A stretch of 64,000 nt of DNA, taken from NCBI RefSeq assembly GCF_032444005.1, contig NC_091290.1:153636001-153700000 (forward strand), in the 5' to 3' direction. Numbering within the stretch: the first letter of the stretch is position 1; each line of letters opens with the position of its first letter. This document shows positions 48,488 through 62,115 of the stretch, piece after piece. Below the pieces are notes generated by a model. It ran no database searches and was not told where the DNA came from. It saw only the letters and a program-made list of their open reading frames with translations. The position numbers and the translations under genes are program-made. Origin of the DNA: Ranitomeya imitator. Lineage: Eukaryota.

Positions 48488-48826
48488 GTGAAGTAAAATA
48501 GTCAGGAGAGGGCTCTGCTGTGACTACTGGGGTCTCTGGAATCTAATATAGAGCTGCCAAGCTAAAATCCCCCAAAGAGCTCTGGCAGTCAATGTTTGCT
48601 CTTGGGGTCTTCATTAGGGGAGGTGGACAGAAGAAGAGGCGCTGTATTACAGGTGCTCAGCTGAGGTGTAGGGGTCTTTCCACCAGCTAGACAAAGGTTC
48701 CAAATAAAACCAAGCAGAACAGTGAGTGCAGCTCCGGAGTATAAGGTCACACATGCACAATATTTTTCACAATTTGAATCCACATATAAAGTATGAAGTT
48801 TACTTTTTGACCTCCACCGTTTCCAG

Positions 48827-49031
48827 GCCAGGAGGACGTTCAGCCGCAGGTGGAGACACAATATGGGAAGCTTCGGGGGAAGATCCTGTCAGTGAAGGAG
48901 ACAAGCAAGAAGGTCCATGGCTTCTATGGAGTCCCCTTCGCCAAACCTCCAGTGGGGTCATTGAGATTTGCATCCCCAGAACCCCCCGAGTCCTGGAGCT
49001 TCGTGCGAGAGGCGCAGGAGCATGCTGCCCT
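48827..49031 (+). CDS. Carboxylesterase exon 2
   Basis: QEDVQPQVETQYGKLRGK...FYGVPFAKPPVGSLRFASPEPPESWSFVREA. Confidence 0.95.
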
Positions 49032-49224
49032 GTGAGTTACTAATAATCCAATCATCTCTTCCATTTTATAAATGCTATTATTCTATAACTAGGAATATGC
49101 TCAGCTACACCTGATGACATTGTGAGGGGCACAGGGATCCCAGGCAGCGGAGACTTTCCCACAGTGACCTGTTGGTGGCGCTATACCTGAACGACATTAC
49201 TCCTGACTAATCATTATCTCCTAG

Positions 49225-49363
49225 ATGTCTACAAAGCCTCAGAGTCCTTGAGCAAATGGCACGCGTCTTCAAAACTTCTCCGGCGCTACCCCCATTGTCA
49301 GAAGATTGCCTGTACCTGAATATCTTCACCCCTGCGGACAGAGAGAAGGACACCAAACTGCCT
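49225..49363 (+). CDS. Carboxylesterase exon 3
   Basis: CLQS...PLSEDCLYLNIFTPADREKDTKLP. Confidence 0.95.
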
Positions 49364-49444
49364 GTAAGTAATTGTCAGAAAACCTGTCCATCGTACAAAG
49401 AGGAACAAGATAATGATGAGTAACTCGTATATACGGAGCAGAAT

Positions 49445-52400
49445 AGACCGAGGCGACTCGTATCTCTCTGGCTGTTCTGGGACTATAGACAGAGGTGACC
49501 CACGTCTCTCCGGCTGTTCTGGGACTATAGACAGAGGTGACCCGCGTCTCTCCGGCTCTTGTGGGACTATAGACAGAGGTGACCCATGTCTTTTCGGCTG
49601 TTCTGGGACTATAGACAGAAGTGACCCACGTCTCTCCGGCTGTTCTGGGACTATAGACAGAGGTGACCCGCGTCTCTCCGGCTGTTGTGGGACTATAGAC
49701 AGAGGTGACCCACGTCTCTCCGGCTGTTCTGGGACTATAGACAGAGGTGACCCGCGTCTCTCCGGCTGTTGTGGGACTATAGACAGAGGTGACCCATGTC
49801 TTTTCGGCTGTTCTGGGACTATAGACAGAGGTGACCCACGTCTCTCCGGATGTTCTGGGACTATAGACAGAGGTGACCCGCGTCTCTCCGGCTGTTGTGG
49901 GACTATAGACAGAGGTGACCCGCGTCTCTCTGGCTGTTCTGGGACTAGAGACAGAGGTGACCCGCATATCTCCGGGTGTTGTGGGAGGACAGACAGAGGT
50001 GACCCGCGTCTCTCCGGCTGTTGTGGGAATATAGACAGAGGTGACCCGCGTCTCTCTGGCTGTTCTGGGACTATAGACAGAAATGACCCGCGTCTCTCCG
50101 GCTGTTGTGGGACTATAGACAGAGGTGACCCGCATATCTCCGGGTGTTGTGGGAGGACAGACAGAGGTGACCCGCGTCTCTCCGGCTTTTATTGGACTAT
50201 AGACAGAGGTGTCCCGCGGCTCTCCGGCTGTTGTGGGAGAACAGACAGAGGTGACCTGCATCTCTCCGGCTGTTGTGGGACTATAGACAGAGGTGACCCG
50301 CGTCTCTCCGGCTGTTGTGGGACTATAGACAGAGGTGACCCGCATCTCTCCGGCTGTTGTGGGACTATAGACAGAGGTGACCCGCGTCTCTTCGACTGTT
50401 GTGGGACTAAAGACAGAGGTGACCGCGTCTCTCTGGCTGTTGTGGGACTATAGACAGAGGTGACCCGTTTCTGTTTTTCTGTTGTGGGAATATAGACAGA
50501 GGTGTCCTGCGTTTCTCCGGCTGTTGTGGGTCTATAGACAGAGGTGTCCTGCGTTTCTCCGGCTGTTGTGGGTCTATAGACAGAGGTGTCCTGTGTTTCT
50601 CCGGCTGTTGTGGGACTATAGACAGAGGTGACGCGTGTCTCTCTGGCTCTTGTGGGACTATAGACAGAGGTGACCCGCGACTCTCTGGCTGTTCTGGGAC
50701 TATAGACAGAGGTGACCCACGTCTCTCCGGCTGTTGTGGGAGAACAGACAGAGGTGACCTGCATCTCTCCGGCTGTTGTGGGACTATAGACAGAGGTGAC
50801 CCGCGTCTCTCCGGCTGTTGTGGGACTATAGACAGAGGTGTCCTGCGTCTCTTCGGCTTTTGTGGGACTATAGAGAGAGGTGTCCCGCGTCTCTCCGGCT
50901 GTTGTGGGACTATAGACAGAGGTGACCCGCATCTCTCCGGCTGTTGTGGGACTATAGACAGAGGTGTCCCGCGTCTCTTCGGCTTTTGTGGGACTATAGA
51001 GAGAGGTGTCCCGCGTCTCTCCGGCTGTTGTGGGACTATAGACAGAGGTGACCCGCGTCTCTCCGGCTGTTGTGGGACTATAGACAGAGGTGACCCGCGT
51101 CTCTTCGGCTGTTGTGGGACTAAAGACAGAGGTGACCTGCGTCTCTCTGGCTGTTGTGGGGCTATAGACAGAGGTGTCCTGTGTCTCTCCGGCTCTTGTG
51201 GGACTATAGACAGAGGTGTCATGCTTCTCTCCGGGTGCTGTGGGACTATAGACAGAGGTGACGCGTGTCTCTCTGGCTCTTGTGGGAATATAGACAGAGG
51301 TGACCCACGTCTCTCCGGCAGTTGTGGGAATATAGACAGAGGTGACCCATGTCTCTCAGGCTGTTCTGGGTCTATAGACAGAGGTGACATGCGTTTCTTC
51401 AGCTGTTGTGGGAATATAGACAGAGGTGACCCACGTCTTTCCGGCTGTTGTGGGACTAAAGACAGAGGTGACCCACGTCTCTCCGGCTGTTGTGGGACTA
51501 AAGACAGAGGTGACCCGCGTCTCTGTGGCTGTTGTGGGACTCTAGACAGAGGTGACCCATTTCTGTTTTGGGACTATAGACAGAGGTGAAGCGTGTCTCT
51601 CCGATTGTGGTGGGGCTATAGACAGAGGTGACACGTGTCTCTCCGGCTGTTGTGGGAATATAGACAGAGGTGACCCACGTCTCTCCGGCTGTTGTGGGAC
51701 TAAAGTCAGAGGTTACCCGCGTCTCTCTGGCTGTTGTGGGAATATAAACAGAGGTGACCCATTTCTGTTTTGGGACTATAGACAGAGGTGACCCGCGTCT
51801 CTCCGACTGTGGTGGGGCTATAGACAGAGGTGACGCGTGTCTCTCCGGCTGTTGTGGGACAATACTGTACACAGAGGTGTCCTGCGTCTCTCTGGCTGTT
51901 GTGGGTCTATAGACAGAGGTGACATGCATCTCTTCAGCTGTTGTGGGAATATAGACAGAGGTGACCCACGTCTCTCCGGCTGTTGTGGGACTAAAGACAG
52001 AGGTGACCCGCGTCTCTCTGGCTGTTGTGGGACTATAGACAGAGGTGACCCATTTCTGTTATGGGACTATAGACAGAGGTGAAGCGTGTCTCTCCGACTG
52101 TGGTGGGGCTATAGACAGAGGACGTGTGTCTCGCCGGCTGTTGTGGGACTATAGACAGAGGTGTCCTGCGTCTCTCCGGCTGTTGTGGGTCTATAGACAG
52201 AGGTGACCTGCGTCTCTCCAGCTGTTGTGGGAATATAGACAGAGGTGACCCACGTCTCTCCGGCTGTTGTGGGACTATAGACACAGGTGACCCGTTTCTG
52301 TTTTTCTGTTGTGGGACTATAGATAGAGGTGACGCGTGTCTCTCCGACTGTTGTGGGGCTTTAGACAGAGGTGACGCGTGTCTCTCCGACTGTTGTGGGG

Positions 52401-55185
52401 CGATAGACAGAGGTGACGTGTGTCTCTCCGACTGTTGTGGGAATATAAACAGAGGTGACCCGCGTCTCTCTGGCTGTTGTGGGACTATAGACAGAGGTGA
52501 CCCGTTTCTGTTTTTCTGTTGTAGGACTATAGACAGATGTGTCCTGCGTCTCTCCGGCTGTTGTGGGTCTATAGACAGAGGTGACCCGCGTCTCTCCAGC
52601 TGTTGTGGGAATATAGACAGAGGTGATGCACGTCTCTTCGGCTGTTGTGGGACTAAAGACAGAGGTGATCCACGTCTCTCCGGCTGTTGTGGGAATATAG
52701 ACAGAGGTGATGCACGTCTCTTCGGCTGTTGTGGGACTAAAGACAGAGGTGACCCACGTCTCTCTGGCTGTTGTGGGACTATAGACAGAGGTGACCCATT
52801 TCTGTTTTTCTGTTGTAGGACTATAGACAGAAGTGTCCTGCGTCTCTCCGGCTGTTGTGGGTCTATAGACAGAGGTGTCCTGCGTCTCTCCGGCTGTTGT
52901 GGGTCTATAGACAGAGGTGACCCGCGTCTCTCCGGCTCTTGTGGGACTAAAGACAGAGGTGACCTGCGTCTCTCTGGCTGTTGTGGGACTATAGACAGAG
53001 GTGACCTGCGTCTCTCTGGCTGTTGTGGGACTATAGACAGAGGTGACCTGCGTCTCTCCTGCTGTTGTGGGAATATAGACAGAGGTGATCCACGTCTCTC
53101 CAGCTGTTGTGGGACTATAGACAGAGGTGACCCGCGTCTCTCCGGCTCTTGTGGGACTATAGACAGAGGTGACCCACGTCTCTCTGGCTGTTGTGGGACT
53201 ATAGACAGAGGTGACCCATTTCTGTTTTTCTGTTGTAGGACTATAGACAGAAGTGTCCTGCGTCTCTCCGGCTGTTGTGGGTCTATAGACAGAGGTGTCC
53301 TGCGTCTCTCCGGCTGTTGTGGGTCTATAGACAGAGGTGACCCGCGTCTCTCCGGCTCTTGTAGGACTATAGACAGAGGTGTCCTACGTCTCTCCGGGTG
53401 CTGTGGGACTATAGACAGAGGTGACGCGTGTCTCTCCGGCTCTTGTGGGACTATAGACAGAGGTGACCCACGTCTCTTCAGCTGTTGTGGGAATATAGAC
53501 AGAGGTGACCCACGTCTCTCTGGCTGTTGTGGGACTAAAGACAGAGGTGACCTGCGTCTCTCTGGCTGTTGTGGGACTATAGACAGAGGTGACCTGTTTC
53601 TGTTTTTCTGTTGTGGGACTATAGACAGAGGTGACGCGTGTCTCTCCGACTGTTGTGGGGCTATAGACAGAGGTGACGCGTGTCTCTCCGACTGTTGTGG
53701 GAATATAGACAGAGGTGACCCATTTCTGTTTTGGGACTATAGACAGAGGTGACCCGCGTCTCTCCGACTGTGGTGGGGCTATAGACAGAGGTGACGCGTG
53801 TCTCTCCGGCTGTTGTGGGACTATACTGTAGACAGAGGTGTCCTGCGTCTCTCCAGCTGTTGTGGGAATATAGACAGAGGTGACCCACGTCTCTCTGGCT
53901 GTTGTGGGTCTATAGACAGAGGTGACATGCGTCTCTTCAGCTGTTGTGGGAATATAGACAGAGGTGACCCACGTCTCTCCAGCTGTTGTGGGACTATACT
54001 GTAGACAGAGGTGTCCTGTGTCTCTCCAGCTGTTGTGGGAATATAGACAGAGGTGGCCCACGTCTCTCTGGCTGTTGTGGGTCTATAGACATAGGTGACC
54101 CGCGTCTATCTGGCTGTTGTGGGACTATAGACAGAGGTGACCCATTTCTGTTATGGGACTATAGACAAAGGTGAAGCGTGTCTCTCCGACTGTGGTGGGG
54201 CTATAGACAGAGGACGTGTGTCTCTCCGGCTGTTGTGGGACTATAGACAGAGGTGTCCTGCGTCTCTCCGGCTGTTGTGGGTCTATAGACAGAGGTGTCC
54301 TGCGTCTCTCCAGCTGTTGTGGGAATATAGACAGAAGTGACCCACGTCTCTTCGGCTGTTGTGGGACTAAAGACAGAGGTGACCCGCGTCTCTCTGGCTG
54401 TTGTGGGACTATAGACAGAGGTGACCGGTTTCTGTTTTGCTGTTGTGGGACTATAGACAGAGGTGACGCGTGTCTCTCTGACTGTTGTGGGAATATAGAC
54501 AGAGGTGACCCATTTCTGTTTTGGGACTATAGACAGAGGTGACGCGTGTCTCTCTGGCTGTTGTGGGACTATAGACAGAGGTGTCCTGCGTCTCTCCAGC
54601 TGTTGTGGGAATATAGACAGAGGTGACCCACGTCTCTCCGGCTTTTGTGGGACTAAAGACAGAGGTGACCCGCGTCTCTCTGGCTGTTGTGGAACTATAG
54701 ACAGAGGTGACCCGTTTCTGTTTTTCTGTTGTGGGACTATAGACAGAGGTGACGCGTGTCTCTCCGACTGTTGTGGGGCTATAGACAGAGGTGACGCGTG
54801 TCTCTCCGACTGTTGTGGGGCTATAGACAGAGGTGACGCGTGTCTCTCCGACTGTTGTGGGGCTATAGACTGAGGTGACGTGTGTCTGACTGTTGTGAGA
54901 CTATAGACAGAGGTGACACGTGTCTCTCCGACTGTAATGGGGCTATAGACAGAGGTGACGCGTGTCTCTCCGACTGTTGTGGGGCTATAGACTGAGGTGA
55001 CGTGTGTCTGACTGTTGTGAGACTATAGACAGAGGTGACACGTGTCTCTCCGACTGTTGTGGGGCTATAGACAGAGGGGACGCGTGTCTCTCTGACTGTT
55101 GTGGGACTATAGACGGAGGTGACGCATGTCTCTCCGACTGTTGTGAGACTATAGACAGATGTGACGCGCGTTTCTCCGGCTGTCA
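49445..55185. repeat. Minisatellite, 42 bp unit (CTATAGACAGAGGTGACCCGCGTCTCTCCGGCTGTTGTGGGA), CES intron 3
   Basis: About 135 variably diverged copies. Confidence 0.98.
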
Positions 55186-55248
55186 TGTGTCCCCACACAA
55201 GCTTATTGTGTGCTTTGGTGATACCCTGTCTGTGACGTTTCTTTCCAG

Positions 55249-55382
55249 GTGATGGTATTTATTCATGGAGGAGGACTACGGTCAGGAGGAGCCGGGATGT
55301 TTGAGGGGTCAGCACTGAGTGCGTTTGAGAATGTGGTTGTAGTATCCATGCAGTACAGACTGGGATTCCTGGGATTTTTCAG
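55249..55382 (+). CDS. Carboxylesterase exon 4 (oxyanion hole)
   Basis: [44 protein letters not shown]. Confidence 0.97.
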
Positions 55383-55620
55383 GTGAGTGCTTTCCGAATG
55401 ACAGGCGGTAATCTTACTGTTGAGATGAGGGGTCCGTGCCAGTGTCAAAATCAGCTGCTGTGGACTCCAGGGTAAAATCTACCACTGTGTCCCCAACTGT
55501 ATCCTCTCATTGATAGTATTGGGTATCTCACTATAGTAACAACCTGGAGGGATGCAAAGGCGGACGGCGCCATCTAGAGGCTGTCTTCTAATATAGTAAA
55601 AACCAGAGAGGCGCCGCTGA

Positions 55621-55905
<285 letters not shown>

Positions 55906-55941
55906 TGACGCCACTACATTCTTTACTCCCTCTCACTGCAG

Positions 55942-56055
55942 CTCCTGTCCCCAATGTCCAAAGGTCTGTTCCACCGAGCAATCGCCGAGAGCGGAGTCGC
56001 CCTGAACCCTCATCTCATGGACGGAAAGCACAAAGATCTCACCAACACCCAGAAG
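55942..56055 (+). CDS. Carboxylesterase exon 6
   Basis: LLSPMSKGLFHRAIAESGVALNPHLMDGKHKDLTNTQK. Confidence 0.95.
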
Positions 56056-56137
56056 GTAAGAGATCCAAAGGTACCCCATATATCACCCATAACGGGTCCC
56101 TGGAAGTCAGCGCAACTGAATGGATAAGCGGCATTCT

Positions 56138-58150
56138 CAATGATGTCACCGCTGATCTCTGGTGATGGATAGGAGACATTCTCAGTGATGTCACCTCTGA
56201 TCTCTGGTGATGGATAGGAGACATTCTCAGTGATGTCACCTCTGATCTCTGGTGATGGATAGGAGACATTCTCAGTGATGTCACCGCTGATCTCTGGTGA
56301 TGGATAGGAGACATTCTCAGTGATGTCACCTCTGATCTCTGGTGATGGATAGGAGACATTCTCAGTGATGTCACCTCTGATCTCTGGTGATGGATAGGAG
56401 ACATTCTCAGTGATGTCACCTCTGATCTCTGGTGATGGATAGGAGACATTCTCAGTGATGTCACCGCTGATCTCTAGTGATGGATAGGAGACATTCTCAG
56501 TGATGTCACCTCTGATCTCTGGTGATGGATAGGAGGCATTCTCAGTGATGTCACCTCTGATCTCTGGTGATGGATAGGAGACATTCTCAGTGATGTCACC
56601 TCTGATCTCTGGTGATGGATAGGAGACATTCTCAGTGATGTCACCTCTGATCTCTGGTGATGGATAGGAGACATTCTCAGTGATGTCACCTCTGATCTCT
56701 GGTGATGAATAGGAGACATGCTCAGTGATGTCACCTCTGATCTCTGGTGATGGATAGGAGGCATTCTCAGTGATGTCACCGCTGATCTCTGGTGATGGAT
56801 AGGAGACATTCTCAGTGATGTCACCGCTGATCTCTGGTGATGGATAGGAGACATTCTCAGTGATGTCACCGCTGATCTCTGGTGATGGATAGGAGGCATT
56901 CTCAGTGATGTCACCTCTGATCTCTGGTGATGGATAGGAGACATTCTCAGTGATGTCACCTCTGATCTCTGGTGATGGATAGGAGATATTCTCAGTGATG
57001 TCACCTCTGATCTCTGGTGATGGATAGGAGACATTCTCAGTGATGTCACCTCTGATCTCTGGTGATGGATAGGAGATATTCTCAGTGATGTCACCACTGA
57101 TCTCTGGTGATGGATAGGAGGCATTCTCAGTGATGTCACCTCTGATCTCTGGTGATGGATAGGAGACATTCTCAGTGATGTCACCTCTGATCTCTGGTGA
57201 TGGATTGGAGACATTCTCAGTGATGTCACCTCTGATCTCTGGTGATGGATTGGAGACATTCTCAGTGATGTCACCTCTGATCTCTGGTGATGGATAGGAG
57301 GCATTCTCAGTGATGTCACCACTGATCTCTGGTGATGGATAGGAGACATTTTCAGTGATGTCACCTCTGATCTCTGGTGATGGATAGGAGGCATTCTCAG
57401 TGATGTCACCACTGATCTCTGGTGATGGATAGGAGGCATTCTCAGTGATGTCACCTCTGATCTCTGGTGATGGATAGGAGACATTCTCAGTGATGTCACC
57501 TCTGATCTCTGGTGATGGATAGGAGGCATTCTCAGTGATGTCACCACTGATCTCTGGTGATGGATAGGAGGCATTCTCAGTGATGTCACCTCTGATCTCT
57601 GGTGATGGATAGGAGACATTCTCAGTGATGTCACCGCTGATCTCTGGTGATGGATAGGAGGCATTCTCAGTGATGTCACCTCTGATCTCTGGTGATGGAC
57701 AGGAGGCATTCTCAGTGATGTCACCGCTGATCTCTGGTGATGGATAGGAGGCATTCTCAGTGATGTCACCGCTGATCTCTGGTGATGGATAGGAGGCATT
57801 CTTAGTGATGTCACCTCTGATCTCTGGTGATGGATAGGAGGCATTCTCAGTGATGTCACCGCTTATCTCTGGTGATGGATAGGAGGCATTCTCAGTGATG
57901 TCACCTCTGATCTCTGGTGATGGATAGGAGGCATTCTCAGTGATGTCACCGCTGATCTCTGGTGATGGATAGGAGGCATTCTCAGTGATGTCACCGCTGA
58001 TCTCTGGTGATGGATAGGAGGCATTCTTAGTGATGTCACCTCTGATCTCTGGTGATGGATAGGAGGCATTCTCAGTGATGTCACCGCTTATCTCTGGTGA
58101 TGGATAGGAGGCATTCTCAGTGATGTCACCGCTTATCTCTGGTGATGGCG
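56138..58150. repeat. Minisatellite, 45 bp unit (TGATCTCTGGTGATGGATAGGAG(A/G)CATTCTCAGTGATGTCACC(T/G)C), CES intron 6
   Basis: About 44 copies. Confidence 0.98.
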
Positions 58151-58197
58151 CCGCTGATCTCTTCCTGCATATACTTACATGCCCCTTATTTCTTCAG

Positions 58198-58293
58198 GTT
58201 GTCAGTGACGCTTCCTCCTGTGATTCGCCTTCGCTCTTGGATTGTCTGAGGGACAAGACTGAGGACGAGATGTCCGTGCTCTCCGGCTCTCTG
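58198..58293 (+). CDS. Carboxylesterase exon 7
   Basis: VVSDASSCDSPSLLDCLRDKTEDEMSVLSGSL. Confidence 0.92.
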
Positions 58294-58389
58294 GTGCGAG
58301 CTCCATATTATTTGGGCCCTTTGCTATAGTGATGGTGGCTGCCGATGGGTCGGTGATGCAGTACTAGCCGTTTATTTCCTCGCTCGCAG

Positions 58390-58530
58390 GGTCACCTGTA
58401 TTTTCCTGGACGCGTTGATGGGAGGTTTCTCAGCAGAACGGCTCTGGAGCTGCTAACTAACGGCACCGTGAACCCTGTTCCCTTCATTATCGGGATCAAT
58501 AATCAGGAGTTTGGATACTTGATCCCGCAG
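58390..58530 (+). CDS. Carboxylesterase exon 8 (catalytic Glu)
   Basis: GHLYFPGRVDGRFLSRTALELLTNGTVNPVPFIIGINNQEFGYLIPQ. Confidence 0.95.
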
Positions 58531-58635
58531 GTACTGATCGCACTTGTGTTGGGTGTGGACTGGCGGGGTGGGTTATGCGGACTGCCGGTGCGGGGAAGGA
58601 CTTGCCGCCATTAGTGATCTGTACTTCGTGTCCAG

Positions 58636-58713
58636 GGCTTAAACATTACTGGACTGAAAGAAGGGATGTCGCGAGACCACGTGCAGCAGATCCTGGGCAG
58701 CGTGCAGCTTCTG
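58636..58713 (+). CDS. Carboxylesterase exon 9
   Basis: GLNITGLKEGMSRDHVQQILGSVQLL; AG/GT bounded, phase 0. Confidence 0.85.
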
Positions 58714-58779
58714 GTGAGTGCGGTGCCCTCCGCTGGGGCAGTGACGGTCGCCTGGTGTCACTGAATGTCTGTGTTGTAG

Positions 58780-58927
58780 AATGTCCGGCCGGAGATCGTC
58801 TCCCTCGTGATGGACGAGTATTTCGGGAACAGCAGCAACCCCCTGACAATCAGAGACGGCTTCCTGGACTTATGTGGGGACATGATGTTTGTCATCCCGG
58901 CTCTGAGAACGGCGGCTCATCACCGAG
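58780..58927 (+). CDS. Carboxylesterase exon 10
   Basis: NVRPEIVSLVMDEYFGNSSNPLTIRDGFLDLCGDMMFVIPALRTAAHHR. Confidence 0.95.
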
Positions 58928-58957
58928 GTACGAGGGTCCGACACCTGCAATCGTGGG

Positions 58958-60140
58958 TAGTCACCCCCAGAGCTGCCGAGCCACGTCCTCTAGTCACCCC
59001 CAGTGCTGTCGAGTCATATCCTCTAGTCACCCCCAGTGCTGCCAAGCCACGTCCTCTAGTCACCCTCAGTGCTGCCGAGTCACGTCCTCTAGTCACCTCC
59101 AGTACTGCTGAGTCACACCCTCTAGTCACCCCCAGTGTTGCCGAGTCACGTCCTCTAGTCACCCCCAGTGCTGCCAAGCCACGTCCTCTACCCTAGTCAC
59201 CCCCAGTGCTGCCAAGCCACGTCCTCTAGTCACCCCCAGTGCTGCCGAGTCACATCCTCTAGTCACCCCCAGTGCTGCCGAGCCGTGTCCTCTACTCTAG
59301 TCACCCCCAGTGCTGCCGAGCCATGTCCTCTACTCTAGTCACCCCCAGTGCTGCTGAGCCATGTCCTCTACCCTAGTCACCCCCAGTGCTGCCGAGCCAT
59401 GTCCTCTACTTTAGTCACCCCCAGACCTGCTGAGTCATGTCCTCTACTCTAGTCACCCCCAGTGCTGCTGAGCCATGTCCTCTACTCTAGTCACCCCCAG
59501 TGCTCCTGAGCCATGTCCTCTACCCTAGTCACCCCCAGTGCTGCCAAGCCACGTCCTCTACTCTAGTCACCCCCAGTGCTGCCGAGCCACATCATCTAGT
59601 CACCCCCAGTGCTGCCGAACCACATCCTCTACTCTAGTCACCCCCAGACCTGCTGAGTCATGTCCTCTACTCTAGTCACCCCCAGTGCTGCTGAGCCATG
59701 TCCTCTACTCTAGTCATCCCCAGTGCTCCTGAGCCATGTCCTCTACCCTAGTCACCCCCAGTGCTGCCAAGCCACGTCCTCTACTCTAGTCACCCCCAGT
59801 GCTGCCGAGCCACATCATCTAGTCACCCCCAGTGCTGCCGAGCCACGTCCTCTACTCTAGTTTCCCCCAGACCTGCTGAGTCACGTTTTTTTCTCTTTTC
59901 ACCCCCAGTGCTGCCGAACCACATCCTCTACTCTAGTCACCCCCAGACCTCCTGAGTCATGTCCTCTACTCTAGTCACCCCCTGTGCTGCTGAGCCATGT
60001 CCTCTACTCTAGTCACCCCCAGTGCTCCTGAGCCATGTCCTCTACCCTAGTCACCCCTAGTGCTGCCAAGCCACGTCCTCTACTCTAGTCACCCCCAGAC
60101 CTGCTGAGTCACGTTTTTTTCTCTTGTCACCCCCAGTGCT
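58958..60140. repeat. Minisatellite, 32-38 bp unit (CTAGTCACCCCCAGTGCTGCCGAGCCACGTCCT[CTACT]), CES intron 10
   Basis: Visible tandem array. Confidence 0.96.
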
Positions 60141-60237
60141 GCTGCCTTCCATCTGCCATTTATAGCCTGCAAACCTCACACCTCCCGGGTCATACATACA
60201 TCATGAAGTTTGCAGACTCGATGATTTTTCTCTGCAG

Positions 60238-60387
60238 ACTCCGGGGCTCCCGTCTACTTCTATGAATTTCAGCACCGACCCTCAACCTTCAAAGATCTAA
60301 AACCCGACTACGTGAAGGCCGATCATGTAGATGAGCTCTTCTTCGTGGTTGGAGGACCCTTCCTCGATAAAGGTTTCATGTTTTCTG
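60238..60387 (+). CDS. Carboxylesterase exon 11 (catalytic His)
   Basis: [49 protein letters not shown]. Confidence 0.96.
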
Positions 60388-61189
60388 GTGAGCCTATATA
60401 TAAGCAATAGGACCCAGCACTTAGGTATGGCCTAGAGCACCAGACTATGGCCCCCCATCTATACCCTATAATACAAGAACACATACAGGGTCTTTAGGGG
60501 TTGTAGTATTTCTCCTCTATCCGTGGACGAGGAGTACTCACGAGGCTGGTCCTTGAGGTAGATACTGGGACACTTAGGGTTAAAAAGTCCATTTGGTTTA
60601 CTGGAGTACAGCATAAACCGCTCCCCAGGAACTCGGCAGCAGCCAGTCCACTGTCCTCACACATTGGGCTCTATAGCGTAACACAGATTACTGTCCGGTA
60701 ACTGTTGGCGTCCACCACACAGGTTCCCAGACACCTCTTACCCTCAGAAGTATCCTATAACCACTCCTCACTGACCCCCAGTCAGTACCTCTCACGGTTG
60801 TCCGGCCGTCCTCTCCGGAGGGCTCTCACAGGCCTCCTTCCTCTGGCTCACACTAGCCAGCAATGCAACATGTGCCAAACACACAGGTTCCATCTTGGGT
60901 GGTCAGACACGCCCGCTTGGGTGGGTATGTAGGCGACTGGACCCCCCATCTCTCCAAGTCAGCTGGAAGCCTTCCCAATGTATAGTAATCCTCAGCAGTA
61001 GATCTGCTGAGCAAAACAAGCCCAGGCTTCCATCACAGGGCCACCCACCTCTGCGATACATACTGCCCATCAATCACAGGGTTAATCACTGTGTTACATC
61101 CTGTATTATACCCCAGAGCTGCGCTCACTATTCTGCTAGTTGTTAGTGACTCTTGGCCTTCACACTTCTCGCTGTTTCTGATTTCTTAG

Positions 61190-61262
61190 GTCCCGACACA
61201 GAGGAGGAGAAGACTTTGAGTAAATCAGTGATGAAGTATTGGGCGACCTTTGCTCGGGATGG
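61190..61262 (+). CDS. Carboxylesterase exon 12
   Basis: PDTEEEKTLSKSVMKYWATFARD. Confidence 0.95.
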
Positions 61263-61900
61263 GTAAGATATCAGTGTTTAGGGTGGTGTTTCCAGTGTGG
61301 ATTCCTGGCAGATCCCCCTCGTGTACATGGATCCTTCCCACTGCCCCACTGTGACGCTCCCTGCAGTGCTGTAACCTGGGAACCAACCACTGCGGCTGGA
61401 GGGAGAGGTCGGGGTGCGGTGCAGGATCCGTCAGGGGTCTGGGCGCAGTCCGTGCAGAGTTCTCTGGCGGGTGACGATGAGAACTGCTCCTACCAGACTG
61501 GCCGCGTCTTTCCTCAGTCGGGGACTTGGGTTTACATCCGTGGTCACTTCTGTCACCTTTGCACATTACAATGAATTTGATGACGTGCTCAGCCGCCCAT
61601 CACAATGACGCTCGACCCCTTTTCAAAAAGTTGGCGGTTTTTCCAAGACCGGAGGGAAAGCCGCAAAAGTCACAAAATTGGCGGCAAGAATCCAAGTTGT
61701 GCCAACATTTTGTAACATTTCAAACAGTTTCCGCAGAATTCTGCTGAGACCCTGATGCTGGAGCGGACCCCCGAGCTTCAGTCCTCTACTGCCTACAGAT
61801 TCTCCAAAGTGGCACAAAATGCTGCCACATTGTGGAGCGCGGTCTGTTCATAGGACAGAAGGGTCTGTAGAGTAATTGCGCCATTTCTCATCTTCTGCAG

Positions 61901-62069
61901 AGACCCAAACGTGCCGGGCCTGGTGCACTGGCCGCGATACGACCAGCAGGAGGGCTACCTCCAGATTAATGTGAACCCCCGCGCCGCTCACAAACTGAAA
62001 GCAGAGAAGTATGAATTCTGGACGAAGACCCTCCGAGAGAAATTGCGATCTCTGTCCGGGGACGGCTGA
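61901..62069 (+). CDS. Carboxylesterase exon 13 (last)
   Basis: DPNVPGLVHWPRYDQQEGYLQINVNPRAAHKLKAEKYEFWTKTLREKLRSLSGDG*. Confidence 0.95.
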
Positions 62070-62109
62070 GCGTTCACAGTCGGCCCCCCAGCTCGGAGTA
62101 ATACTGCTC

Positions 62110-62115
62110 AATAAA
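62110..62115 (+). terminator. Polyadenylation signal AATAAA of the carboxylesterase
   Basis: AATAAA 41 nt after the stop codon. Confidence 0.6.

Noticed and set aside
49413-55252. Long Cys-rich ORFs with repeated RGD motif (TIDRGDPRLSGCCG)n, resembling a disintegrin or toxin
   Set aside because: They are a translation of the 42-bp intronic minisatellite (42 is a multiple of 3 and one frame lacks stops). They lie inside CES intron 3 and have no signal peptide or independent gene structure.
60501-61098. Possible solo LTR in CES intron 11 (TGTA...TACA ends)
   Set aside because: No target-site duplication could be found, so the boundaries are unsupported.
62070-62115. Hidden HXEL retention signal downstream of the CES stop (frameshift or read-through)
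   Set aside because: None of the three frames after the stop encodes an HXEL-like motif before the poly(A) signal.
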